A stretch of DNA of 64,000 nt, from the NCBI GenBank assembly GCA_046331125.1, contig JAXLRL010000005.1:64923-128922 (forward strand). The letters run 5' to 3'. Each line of letters starts with the position of its first letter. Within the stretch, counting starts at the first letter, position 1. A program made the position numbers and the translations under genes. Under the pieces are notes generated by a model. That model searched no databases. It saw only the letters and a program-made list of their open reading frames with translations, and was not told the origin of the DNA. Shown in pieces: positions 1 to 10,070 of this stretch. Source of the stretch: Acidimicrobiia bacterium. Lineage in GTDB: Bacteria > Actinomycetota > Acidimicrobiia > IMCC26256 > DASPTH01.

Positions 1-1
1 G

Positions 2-331
2 CCCACCGGCGGCGGCACCAGCAACTGGGAGCTGTCGACCAACCGGGCCACCTCGGTGCTGCGCGTGCTCGTGGAGCAGTTCGGCCTGCCGGCCGACCGG
101 GTCTACGCGGCCGGCTTCGCCGACCAGCGGCCCATCGCCCCCAACGACACCGCGGCGCACCGCGCCCTGAACCGGCGGGTCGAGATCGTGGTGCTCGCGC
201 AGAGCACGGGCAGCACGGCCTCGGCGACCGACACCGCCGGCACCACCGACGCGACGCAGATCTCGTCGGGCATCGATCTCCCCACCAACCCCATCGGCAC
301 ACCCGTCGACGCGACCAGCGCGGCGGGCTGA
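2..331 (+). CDS. motB: MotB/OmpA-family flagellar stator protein, C-terminal peptidoglycan-binding domain (5' end outside window)
   Basis: The frame of ORF 56..331 stays open back to nt 2 (..SNWELSTNRATSVLRVLVEQFG..FADQRPIAPNDTAAHRALNRRVEIVVL). This is the OmpA/MotB C-terminal signature. The gene lies directly upstream of fliL. Confidence 0.8.
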   Translation, partial: PTGGGTSNWELSTNRATSVLRVLVEQFGLPADRVYAAGFADQRPIAPNDTAAHRALNRRVEIVVLAQSTGSTASATDTAGTTDATQISSGIDLPTNPIGTPVDATSAAG

Positions 332-368
332 GCGGACCTGAGCGGTCCGCGAGACACGGAGCACCGAA

Positions 369-935
369 ATGGCCACCACCGAACCAGGCACCGAGGCCCC
401 GCCTGCGGGCAAGGGCAAGGGCAAGAAGGGCAAGGGCGGCAAGGACGCGCCCGAGAAGAAGAGCAAGAAGAAGCTCTTCATGATCGTCGGCCTGGTCCTC
501 GTGGCCCTGGTCGTGAAGTTCGTGATCCTGAAGGCCCCGCCGCCCCCCACCTGCGAGGTCAAGATCACGACCGCGGACACGCCCGTGACCACCACCACCA
601 TCGGCAAGACCGCCGCGGAGCAGTGCACGCCGCCGGTCGCCGGCGCCGCCCTGGTGCTCGACCCGATCACGGTGAACCTCGCCGACGGCCACTACCTGAA
701 GCTCGGCCTCGCCCTGCAGCTCGCGGGCACCGCCGACGCCAAGGTGATGACCGAGGAGGGTGGCGGCGCCAAGGCGCTGGACGCGGCCATCGCCCAGTTC
801 TCGTCGACGAACTACGACCAGCTGATCGACCCGGCCTCCCGCGACGAGCAGAAGATCGAGCTGGCCAAGACCGTCACCGAGGAGTACGACGGCGAGGTGC
901 TGAACATCTACTTCACCGAGTTCGTCATGCAATGA
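369..935 (+). CDS. fliL: flagellar basal-body-associated protein FliL
   Basis: ORF 369..935 has a Lys-rich N-terminus and one TM helix (LFMIVGLVLVALVVKFVIL). The block LVLDPITVNLADGHYLKLGLALQL is typical of FliL. It sits between motB and fliM. Confidence 0.85.
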   Translation: MATTEPGTEAPPAGKGKGKKGKGGKDAPEKKSKKKLFMIVGLVLVALVVKFVILKAPPPPTCEVKITTADTPVTTTTIGKTAAEQCTPPVAGAALVLDPITVNLADGHYLKLGLALQLAGTADAKVMTEEGGGAKALDAAIAQFSSTNYDQLIDPASRDEQKIELAKTVTEEYDGEVLNIYFTEFVMQ

Positions 936-1025
936 CAGGTCGGCGGGACGGCTGCCGCCCGCGAGATCAGCTGCAACCGTCCTGCAACCTGAAGTCCTCA
1001 GACGCCCGGGGCCACCGCCGATCCA

Positions 1026-1967
1026 GTGGGCGTGACCCAGACCGGCGCCGCCATCCACCTGCGTTCGCGACCGCACCGCACCCCCGAGGTGCAGACGTAC
1101 GACTTCCGGCGGCCCAACAAATTCAGCCGTGAGTACGTGCGCGCCCTCCAGATCGCGGGTGAGACGTTCGCCCGGCAGTTCTCGACGGTACTCGGCACCG
1201 CGCTGCGCGCCATCTCGAGCATCACGCTGATCTCGGTCGAGCAGCAGACCTACGACGAGCACGTCCGCAGCCTGGGCAACCCGTCCTACCTGGCCGTGCT
1301 CTCGCTCGAGCCGCTCTCGGGCGCCGGGCTGTTCCACCTCGAGATCGGCATCGCGATGGCGATCGTCGAGCGCCTCCTCGGTGGCAGCGGCGCGACCGAC
1401 GCGCCGACCCGGGCCCTCACCGAGATCGAGGAGCAGCTGGTGCGGTCGATGACGACCCGCTCGCTGAAGGAGTTCGACTACGCCTTCGAGAGCCTCGCCA
1501 CGATCGAGAGCACGATCGTGCAGCAGGAGGCGAACCCGCAGTTCGCGCAGATCACCGCCCCGTCCGACATGGTCGTGGTGATGTCGTTCGACATCAAGAT
1601 CGGCGAGACCCGCGGGCACGCGTCGATCTGCGTCCCCTTCGCAGTGCTGCAGCCCGTGCTCGAGGAGTACGCCAGCAGCTCCGTCTTCAGCGACCGCAAC
1701 GCCGCCGCCCAGGCCGAGTTCGCCCAGCAGGTCGAGGACGCGATGCACGAGGTGCCGCTCCCCCTGCGCGTGTGCTTCGACCCCGTCGTCGTGCGTTCCG
1801 CCGAGCTGCTGACGCTGGCCGTCGGTGACGTCGTGCCGCTGCACCACCCCATCCAGGAACCCCTGACCGCGACCGTCGGCGATGTCGCCGCGTTCAAGGT
1901 CGTGGCCGGCCGCCAGGGCAAGCGCCTCGGCTGCATGGTCGTCGAGGAGAGGAGCACCCGAGCGTGA
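1026..1967 (+). CDS. fliM: flagellar motor switch protein FliM
   Basis: ORF 1026..1967 is intact. YDFRRPNKFSREYVRALQIAGETFARQF and LSGAGLFHLEIGIAMAIVERLLGG match the FliM core. It overlaps the next gene by 4 nt. Confidence 0.9.
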   Translation: MGVTQTGAAIHLRSRPHRTPEVQTYDFRRPNKFSREYVRALQIAGETFARQFSTVLGTALRAISSITLISVEQQTYDEHVRSLGNPSYLAVLSLEPLSGAGLFHLEIGIAMAIVERLLGGSGATDAPTRALTEIEEQLVRSMTTRSLKEFDYAFESLATIESTIVQQEANPQFAQITAPSDMVVVMSFDIKIGETRGHASICVPFAVLQPVLEEYASSSVFSDRNAAAQAEFAQQVEDAMHEVPLPLRVCFDPVVVRSAELLTLAVGDVVPLHHPIQEPLTATVGDVAAFKVVAGRQGKRLGCMVVEERSTRA

Positions 1968-2788
1968 ACGCCGTGGAAGAGATCCAGCTCGAGGTCGAGG
2001 CCGGCAACGAGGCCGCGACCGTGCTCGAGCAGGCGCTCGCGGGCGCCGTCGTGTGCAGCGTCGGCCGGCCGCAGGAGGCCGACGACATCGCCGAGCTCGC
2101 GCCCGCCGAGATCGGCGCGGTGCTGAGCGTCGCGCTCACAGGCGACTCGCCGGCCCGGGTGGGCATCACCCTCGCCGGCGGCCTTCTCACCGCGCTGGAG
2201 CAGACGCTGGGCAGCCCCGACGCCGCGCTGGCCGCCGCCTCGGAGGCGTTGCTCGCCGCCGTCGCCACCACCGGGGCGACCGCCGACCCCGCCGGGCCCG
2301 TCGCCGACGACCTCGAGCACCTCGCCGGCACGCCGGGCAACCGGCTCGCCGCCGTGGCCATCCTCGAGGGCAGCGAGCGCCTCGCCACCGTGGTGCTGCG
2401 CATCGGTGACGACCTCGCCGCCCCCGCCCCGGCGGCTGCGGACCCGTCCGACGAGACCGTCGACGTCGACCTGTCGTCGCTCGAGGGCACCGCGGTGCCG
2501 CACGAGTTCGGCATGCTCGACGCCCACGGCGCCGCCGCCGCCGGTCTCGGCAACGGCATCGACCTGATCCGCGACGTCGAGCTCGAGCTCACCGTGCTCG
2601 GCCGCGCCGAGGCTCTCCGTGCGTGACCTGCTCGCCATGCGGGCCGGCACCGTGGTCCATCGACCAGGCCGCCGGCGACCCGGTGGACGTGCTCGTCAAC
2701 GGCACCCGCATCGCAGCGGGTCGTGGTGATCGACGAGGAGTTCGGCATCCGCATCTCCGAGATCGTCACCGGCAACGAGATCCGTTGA
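1964..2788 (+). pseudogene. fliN: flagellar motor switch protein FliN/FliY-like (long N-terminal extension), interrupted by at least 3 frame changes
   Basis: ORF 1964..2626 gives the N-terminal part. The conserved SpoA/FliN C-terminus is split across frames: DVELELTV / LSVRDLLAMRAGTVV / DQAAGDPVDVLVNGTRIAAG / RVVVIDEEFGIRISEIVTGNEIR*. The frame switches fall between ~2610 and ~2725. Confidence 0.8.
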
Positions 2789-2836
2789 CCTTCCTCCTCG
2801 CCGCGGCCGCCGAGCTCGTCGAACGCCAACACGAGT

Positions 2837-3349
2837 GTGGGGGCCGGCCAGCTCCTGCGGGTCGCCATCTCGTTGGGCGTCGTGTTCATCATGTGGGGAA
2901 ACGGTGAAGGTGCTGCGCAAGCGCGGCGTCTCCTTCGGCGGCAAGCGCTCCAGCCGCGGGGAAGCGCGACCAGCCGCAGCCAGTCGAGCGACACCGAGGT
3001 CGTGGCCGCGGGGCCGACCCGTTCGTCGTCGGTCGCACTGGTGCCCGTCGGCGAGCAGTTCCTCGTCCTCGGCGCCACCAGCTCCTCCGTCACCCTCCAC
3101 CAGCGCGGCGACAGGGCGTTCGGCCTCCGGCCCCGGCGCGCCGAGGGTGCGCACGCCCGTCGCCCAGGGTACACGGCCGACACGATCGACGTCGTCCCCG
3201 TCGCCACCGGCACGACCGGCTCCACCGGCTCGACCAGCTCCGCTGACCTCGAGGTCGCCAGGACGGCGCCTCGGGACGCGTACGCGTCCGCTCCGGCATG
3301 GAAGATGTTCCTCGACACGATGAAGGACCGCACCGTCCGCAGCGTGTGA
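2837..3349 (+). pseudogene. fliO: probable flagellar biosynthesis protein FliO (FliZ-like), frameshifted
   Basis: ORFs 2837..3349 and 2835..3323 alternate. The pieces are an N-terminal TM (LLRVAISLGVVFIMW), a basic stretch VKVLRKRGVSFGGKR, then SSVALVPVGEQFLVLGATSSSVTL. The call rests largely on its position between fliN and fliP. Confidence 0.5.
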
Positions 3350-3371
3350 GGAGCGCCTTCCCCGAGATGTC

Positions 3372-4297
3372 GTGCTCCACCAACCGATCGGCACCTGGGC
3401 CCGCCGCCTGGCGACCCTCCTGCTCCTCGCGATGCTCGCGGCCGGCGCCCTGCTGGCCGGTGGCGGCGCCCGCGCCGCTCACGCCCAGACCACCGACGGC
3501 ACCGACGTCACGACGCCGACCATGCCGACGGTGCCCACCGTCCCCTCGATCGACGGTTCGACCAACGGCACCGACAGCACGACGGGCACCGACGCGACCG
3601 GCTCGTCGTCGAGCAGCTCGAACGACAGCAACGTCAACATCAACCTGGACATGGGCGGGTCCAAGAACAGCAGAAGCCCAACCGGGGCATCCTCGTGATC
3701 CTGGTGCTCACCGTGCTCTCGGTGGCGCCGTCGCTCGTGATCCTGCTGTCGGGCTTCACCCGGATCATCGTGGTGCTGTCGCTCGCCCGCAACGCGATCG
3801 GCCTGCCGTCGATCCCGCCCAACCAGGTGCTGGCCGGGCTCGCGCTCTTCCTCGCGATCTTCGTGATGTCGCCGACCCTGTCGAAGGTGTACCACGAGGC
3901 CTTCCAGCCGCTGATGGACGGCAAGATCACGCAGCAGGAGGCCTACACCCGGGCCCAGGCCCCCATCCGCACGTTCATGCTGAAGCAGACCCGCAAGGGC
4001 GAGCTCGCGATGTTCGAGCAGGCGAGCGGCAAGAAGGCGCAGAGCGCGGCCAAGGTGCCGCTGACCACGCTGATCCCCGCGTTCCTCCTGTCGGAGCTGA
4101 AGACCGGTTTCATCATCGGCTTCGTGATCTTCATCCCATTCCTGGTGATCGACCTGGTGGTCAGCTCCGCCCTGATGTCCATGGGCATGTTCATGCTCCC
4201 GCCCGTGATGGTGTCCCTGCCGTTCAAGTTGCTGCTGTTCGTCATGGTCGGCGGCTGGGGCCTCATCGCCGGCACGTTGATCGCGAGCTTCAGATGA
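3372..4297 (+). CDS. fliP: flagellar type III export pore protein FliP (core 3695..4297; signal peptide and Thr/Ser-rich linker in ORF 3372..3698)
   Basis: The core ORF 3695..4297 carries LSGFTRIIVVLSLARNAIGLPSIPPNQVLAGLALFLAIFVMSP, the FliP signature. The upstream ORF has a signal peptide (WARRLATLLLLAMLAAGALLAGGGARAAHA). The two are joined by a GTGA overlap, so this is either one frameshift or two coupled ORFs. Confidence 0.85.
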
Positions 4298-4334
4298 CGG
4301 CATCCCTCGACCGCGCGCGCCCCGGAGAAGTGCA

Positions 4335-4607
4335 ATGAACGACGCGTCCATCATGGAGATCGCCCATTCGGCGATCACGATCGGCATCAAGCTCGCCGCG
4401 CCGATCCTCCTCGTCACCATGGGTATCGGCCTGCTCATCTCGATCTTCCAGGCCGCCACCCAGGTACAGGAGGTGACGCTCACCTTCGTGCCGAAGCTGA
4501 TCGCCGTCGCGCTCGTGATCGTGATCGGCGGCAACTGGATGCTGAACGAGATGATCTCGTTCACCCACGAGCTGTTCCGCATGATCCCGTCGCTGATCTC
4601 CACGTAG
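4335..4607 (+). CDS. fliQ: flagellar export apparatus protein FliQ
   Basis: Intact 90-aa ORF with two TM helices. The motif AAPILLVTMGIGLLISIFQAATQVQEVTLTFVPK is typical of FliQ, and it sits between fliP and fliR. Confidence 0.9.
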   Translation: MNDASIMEIAHSAITIGIKLAAPILLVTMGIGLLISIFQAATQVQEVTLTFVPKLIAVALVIVIGGNWMLNEMISFTHELFRMIPSLIST

Positions 4608-4637
4608 ACGGCTGCGCAGGGACCCGGGGACCGATCG

Positions 4638-5384
4638 GTGAAGCTCACCTTCGACCAGGCGGCACTGGCCGCGTTCACGCTCGCCCTCGTGCGGTCGACC
4701 GTGTGGGTGTTCGTGGTGGTCCCGTTCTCGCTGCGCGCCGTGCCCCAGGTCGTGAAGCTCGGCCTCGCCGCGTCGCTGGCCCTCGTCGCCGCGCCCAGCA
4801 TCGACCACTCGATGATCCCCACCGACCTCGGCGGCTTCATCATCGCCGCCCTGATGCAGGCGATGATCGGCTTCGCCCTCGCGTTCCTCATCGTGGTGCT
4901 GTTCAGCGCGGTGCAGGCCGCCGGCGGCCTCATCGACGACTTCGCCGGGTTCAACCTGGCCGCCATGCTCGACCCGATGGCCGACACCAACAACGGCCCG
5001 TTCGGTCGCCTCTACCAGCTCGTGGCCATCACGCTGCTGTTCGCCACCAACCTCTACCTGGTGCTGGTGAAGGGCTTCCTGAAGTCGTTCACCGCGATCC
5101 AGGGTGTGCACCTCGCCGACGTGCTGCGCCTCCTGATGCACGACCTCGACACGTTCCTGATCTCGGCGCTCGAGATCGCGGGCCCGGTGCTCGCGGTGCT
5201 GTTCCTCACCGAGGTCGCGCTCGGTCTGCTCGCCCGCACCGCGCCGGCGATGAACATCTTCGCCCTCGCCTTCCCGATCCGCATCACGATCGCACTCGTG
5301 GCCACGAGCGTGACGCTGCCGTTCGTGCTGCCCGCGGTCGAGAACCTGGTGACGACCGGCGTCCGCCAGGTGCTGGCGCTGTGA
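4638..5384 (+). CDS. fliR: flagellar export apparatus protein FliR
   Basis: Intact 248-aa polytopic membrane ORF with a GTG start. The gene order fliQ-fliR-flhB and the FliR-like GFALAFLIVVLFSAVQAAGGLID block support the call. Confidence 0.9.
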   Translation: MKLTFDQAALAAFTLALVRSTVWVFVVVPFSLRAVPQVVKLGLAASLALVAAPSIDHSMIPTDLGGFIIAALMQAMIGFALAFLIVVLFSAVQAAGGLIDDFAGFNLAAMLDPMADTNNGPFGRLYQLVAITLLFATNLYLVLVKGFLKSFTAIQGVHLADVLRLLMHDLDTFLISALEIAGPVLAVLFLTEVALGLLARTAPAMNIFALAFPIRITIALVATSVTLPFVLPAVENLVTTGVRQVLAL

Positions 5385-6602
5385 GCAGCGACCGCAGCCA
5401 GAAGACCGAGGCGCCCACCCCCAAGAAGAAGAAGGAAGCGCGCAAACAGGGGCAGGTGGCGAAGAGTCCCGAGCTCGTCGCGTGGGTGTCGCTGCTCGCC
5501 GCCACCTACCTGCTGCGCATGGTGGTGCAGAACACCGGTGACGGCATCGAGGCGATGGTCGTGCGCTTCAAGCTGGCCGCCGCCCACCCGTCGCCGCTCA
5601 TCATGCGCGACGCGCTCGCCGCCGGCCTGAAGCTGTCGGTCACCGCGGTGATGCCGCTCGCCCTCGGCCTCATGGCCCTCGGCACCGTGGTGGAGCTCGC
5701 CCAGGTGGGCATCCGGCCCTCGTTCCACCGGCTCAAGCCCGACCTCAAGAAGGTCAACCCCCTCAAGGGGATGAAGCGGATCTTCTCGGTGAAGTCGTTG
5801 TGGGAGGTGGGCAAGGCGATCCTGCGCATCGTCGTGGTCGCCGCGGTCGCCTACCCCATCGTCAGCGCCACCAGCCACACGCTCCTCGCCCAGGGCGCCT
5901 CGCTCGACACCATCCTCTCCACGGTCAGCGACGCCATCTTCACGATCATCCGCAACGCCGCGTTCGCCGGCCTCGTCATCGCCTTCATCGACTTCGCCGC
6001 GATCCAGAAGCGGCGCCTCATGACCGACCTGAAGATGACCAAGCAGGAGGTCAAGGAGGAGCACCGCCAGTCCGAGGGTGACCCCCAGATGAAGGGGGCG
6101 ATCCGCTCGAAGCGGAATGGCGGTGAGCCACCGGATGCTCTCCGCGGTGGGCAAGGCCGGCGCGGTGCTGGTGAACCCACCCACTACGCCATCGCCCTCT
6201 CCTACCGGGTCGACAAGGGTGCCCCCGAGGTGGTGGCCCGGGAAGCGGGCCCGAGATCGCGGCCAGCATCCGTGGGGGAGGCCGAGGTACAAGGTGCCGA
6301 TCGTGGAGGACGTGCCCCTCACCCGGATGCTGTACCGGGTCTGCCGGGTGGGCGACTTCGTGCGCGAGCTGTACGAGGCCGTGGCCCACGTCCTCGCCTT
6401 CGTGTTCGCCCTGGGGAACCGGCGGGCCTACATCCGTGCACCGCGGCGCCCGCCGAGGTGTCGCTCCCCGACGCCGACCCGAAACGGTCCCGCAGACGTC
6501 TCAGGTCGGCGGCCTGGTTGCCGATCAGGAAGCCCGAGGCCAGGACGGCGCCCCGCTGAGCAGACCGGTCCACGGAGGGCGATCACGAGGCGGAGTCGGT
6601 GA
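5381..6602 (+). pseudogene. flhB: flagellar export switch protein FlhB, at least 4 frame changes in the C-terminal half
   Basis: The GTG at 5381 overlaps the fliR stop (GTGA). The N-terminus SSDRSQKTEAPTPKKKKEARKQGQVAKS is the classic FlhB start. C-terminal blocks sit in alternating frames: RMLSAVGKAGAVLVNP / THYAIALSYRVDKGAPEVVA / VPIVEDVPLTRMLYRVCRVGDFVRELYEAVAHVLAFVF. The terminal frame ends in a GTGA overlap with flhA. Confidence 0.85.
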
Positions 6603-8692
6603 AGCGGAATCGGATCGGGAACATGATGGTCCCGGTGGCAATCGTCGGCATCATCCTGCTGATGATCGTCCGCGCGACGGTCCTCGTCGACTTCCTCATC
6701 GTGATGAACGCTCGCGATGGCGCTGCTCGCCCTCCTCGCAGGCATGTTCATCCGCAAGGCGCTCGACCTCGATCTTCCCGTCGTTCCTCCTCGTGGCGAC
6801 CCTGTTCCGCCTCGGCCTGAACATCGCAGTCACCCGGCTGATCCTCCTGCACGGCTACGCGGGCTCGGTGATCGAGAGCTTCGGTCACTTCGTGATCGGC
6901 GGCTCGCTGATCGTCGGCCTCGTGATCTTCCTGATCCTCATCGTCATCCAGTTCGTGGTCGTCACCAACGGTGCCGGCCGCGTCGCCGAGGTCGGGGCCC
7001 GTTTCACCCTCGACGCGATGCCCGGCAAGCAGATGGCGATCGACGCCGACCTCAACGCCGGCATCATCGACGAGGACGTGGCGCGCAGCCGCCGCAAGGA
7101 GGTGGCCGACGAGGCCGACTTCTACGGCGCGATGGACGGTGCGTCCAAGTTCGTGAAGGGCGACGCGATCGCCGCCATCGTCATCGTCATCATCAACCTG
7201 GTCGGCGGCTTCCTCACCGGCGTGCTGCAGATGGGCATGTCGCCCGCCGACGCGCTGAACCAGTTCAGCCTGCTGACCGTCGGTGACGGCATCGTCTCGC
7301 AGATCCCGGCGCTGCTCATCTCGATGGCCGCCGGTCTCGTCGTCACCCGGGCGGCCACCGAGGCCGACCTCGGCGCGGACCTCCTCGGCCAGCTCACCGC
7401 ACACAACCAGGCGCTCAGCATCGCCGGCCCCGCCATCGCCGTGCTCGGACTGTTCCCCGGGCTCCCGAAGATCCCGTTCCTCGTGGTCGGCGGTGGCCTG
7501 TGGATCCTCTCCCGCCGTCTCCGCAAACGGGGGCCGAGGGCACGGCGCCCGAGGCTCCACGGTGCCGGCGCCCGGGCCGCGCTCGGGGCCGGCGCCGCCG
7601 GCAGCTCCGCCGCCGCCCCCCACCGCCCAGACGCCCGAGACGCTCAGCGAGGAGATGCGGGTCGAGGCGCTGGAGGCTCGAACAAGCCTACGACCTCATC
7701 GACCTCGTCGACCCAGGAAACCAGGGCGGCGACCTGCTCGACCAGGTGCAGGGCCTGCACTGGCTCGCCCGCGAGGCTCGGCTTCGTGATCCCGACGATG
7801 CGCACCCGCGACAACATCGACCTCCCGCAGTCGACCTACGTCGTGAAGCTGCACGGCGTGGAGTTCGGAAGCGGCGAGGCGCCTCCCGGCCACGCGCTCG
7901 CCATCGGCGAGGACGGCGAAGATCGCTTCTGCCCCGGCATCCGCACGCGGGAGCCGGTGTTCGGCCTGCCCGCGACGTGGATCCCGCTCGAGCTGCGGGC
8001 CCAGGCCGACCTCGCCAACGTGACCGTCGTCGACCGGGCGTCGGTCGTGACCACCCACCTCTCCGAGATCGTGCGGGCCCACGCCGCCGACCTGCTCAGC
8101 CGCGAGGACGTGAAGGCGCTGCTCGACGTGGTGCGCACCAACTCGCCGGTCGCGGCCGACGGTGTTCCGCGGCGTCAGCCTGCGCTCGCCGACGGCCAGC
8201 GCATCCTCCAGGCCCTGCTCGCCGAGGGTGTCCCGATCCGCGACCTCGTGCGCATCAGCGAAGTGCTGTCGGCCCGGGCCACCACCACCAAGGACACCGA
8301 GATGCTCACCGAGGCCGTGCGCAGCGTGCTGGGCCCCGCCATCTCGTCCGGGCACGCGATCGACGGGGTGCTCCCCGCGATCACGCTCGCCCCGGTGCTC
8401 GAGCAGGAGCTGCTCGGAGCAGTGGTGCTCGCCGACGGTGGCGGCGCCGCCCTGAACGTGGGCCCCCGACAAGCTCACCGCGCTGGTCGACTCCGTCGCC
8501 CGGCGCGCGCTGGAGGCCGAGCAACTCGGCCGGAGCCCGGTGCTCCTGTGCTCGGGGCGGGTGCGTCCCGGCCTGCGGCGCATCGTCGCCCCTGTCATCC
8601 CCCGACTCCCCGTCCTCTCGTACGCGGAGCTCGGCACCCATCTGCAGCTCGAGAACCTGGGAGTGGTGAATGTCGAACACGCAGACGTTTGA
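6599..8692 (+). pseudogene. flhA: flagellar export gate protein FlhA, at least 7 frame changes
   Basis: FlhA sequence can be followed through ORFs 6599.., 6717.., 6436..9681, 7283.., 7500.. and a final frame-2 segment. Recognisable blocks include FRLGLNIAVTRLILLHGYAGSVIESFGHFVIGG, ARFTLDAMPGKQMAIDADLNAG, FYGAMDGASKFVKGDAIA, GFVIPTMRTRDNIDLPQSTYVVKLHG and PRLPVLSYAELGTHLQLENLGVV. Confidence 0.9.
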
Positions 8693-10038
8693 GGGTCCGC
8701 ACCTCGAGCCCCTGCTCGCCAAGGTGCGTGACGCCCACGGGGCCCACGCCCGCATCGTGTCCGTCGACAAGGTCCGCTCCGGCGGCATGGGCGGCTTCTT
8801 CCAGCGCGAGCGCTTCGAGGTGGTGCGTCGAGATCGACGACGACACCGCAGCAGCCGCGATGCCGGCACCCGCACCGGCACCGACGGCGGCCGCACGTCG
8901 CCGAGCCGGTGACCCGCGCCGGCGAGCATCTTCGACCTCGCCGCCGCCGTCGACGACGCTTCGACCTTTACCTTCCCGACCGGCACCGGCGACGACGCCG
9001 GCCGCCGAGCATCGTACAAGACGAGCGGCCTGCCGCGGTCTCGACCACGCAGCCGAGTTCGGGCGATCATGGCCGCGTGTCGGCGACGGCAGCGCCAGCA
9101 TCCCCACGCCCGCCACCCCGGGCCTCGCGCGCAGCAGCCGCCGGCGCCATGCCGCCGCCGGCCGCGCCGGCGCCCGCGCGCAGCTCCGCCCCGGCGCGCA
9201 ACCGCGGCGGCGCCATCACCGCTCCCGCCCGTCCCGCCGATGGCGCCGGCCCCGTGGTCGGCACCGGCGCCGTCGAGGGCCGCGCCGGCGAGGATCAGTG
9301 GACCCCCGAGACGGCCACGATGTCGTCGACTGCGGTCGCCGTGGCGACACCACCACGCCGGTCCCCGCCGTGCCCGAGATGATACCGGCCGGACCCGGCC
9401 GCCGGACACGCGCCGTCGTCGCCCTCGGCCTCCCGGCCGCGTTCGTCCTGCGTCCACGCCGGTGCACGACCTGCGGCGCGCTCACGCAGCGCCTGAGCGC
9501 TTACCCTCCTTCCCGAGCTGCCCCGCGAAGGCGGCAGTCGCGGTGGTCGGCGAGGTCGACGGCGCGTTCGCCCACGGCCTGCGCCTCGCCGCCGAGGCTC
9601 GGCATCGAGGACGACGGTGTGGTGCTCGCCACCCGCAACGAGCCGATGAGCCTCTCCACCGCCTCCACGTGCGGGGCGTGAGCGACGCCAACACCCGGCG
9701 TCGGGCCTGGTACCGCCGCCACCTGCCCGTGGTCGTGGCCGATCCCGACGCCCCCGTCGTGCCCGACCTGCGGCGCGTGGGTCGCCGACGTGCTCGCCGC
9801 GCTCGGGCCGACGCTCGTGATCAGCAGGTGGACGCCCGCCGCAAGACCGAGGACGTCCTCGAGTGGGGCCGCGGCTTCGGCGGCGTCGGCGCGGTGATCT
9901 GGAGAACCTCCAGGCGACCGTGTCGCCCGGGGCGATGCTGAGCCTGGGCGTGCCGGTGATGGCCATCGACGGCCTGCCCGCCACCCCCGCCCGCTGGGTC
10001 GACTCCCTCACGCGCCGCCTGACCGCGGTTGCGGCCTG
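8670..10038 (+). pseudogene. flhF: FlhF-like protein (FlhF B-domain at the N-terminus, degenerate G-domain), frameshifted with a low-complexity Ala/Pro/Arg linker
   Basis: The N-terminus MSNTQTFEGPHLEPLLAKVRDAHGAHARIVSVDKVRSGGMGGFFQRERFEVV matches the FlhF N-terminal pattern. Later come VAVVGEVDGAFAHGLRLAAELGIEDDGVVLAT (the P-loop position, without GxxGxGKT) and VDLENLQATVSPGAMLSLGVPVMAIDGLPATPARW, ending at TGA ~10036-10038. Several frames are needed to read it. Confidence 0.5.
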
Positions 10039-10070
10039 AACCCGACCGGCTCCTCGAAGGGACGCAGCAG

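Noticed and set aside
8900-9500. Ala/Pro/Arg-rich ORFs on both strands (8909..9382, 9069..9941, 8381..9457 and others) considered as separate genes or a repeat protein.
   Set aside because: This is low-complexity sequence between the recognisable N- and C-terminal parts of the FlhF-like gene. No independent start or RBS and no family signal. The best reading is a frameshifted linker.
6436-9681. 1081-aa ORF that could be read as a giant FlhA-like fusion protein.
   Set aside because: It is a composite. Its 5' part is out of frame over the flhB tail, its middle is genuine FlhA, and its 3' part is out-of-frame FlhF-like sequence. Conserved FlhA blocks repeatedly leave and re-enter this frame.
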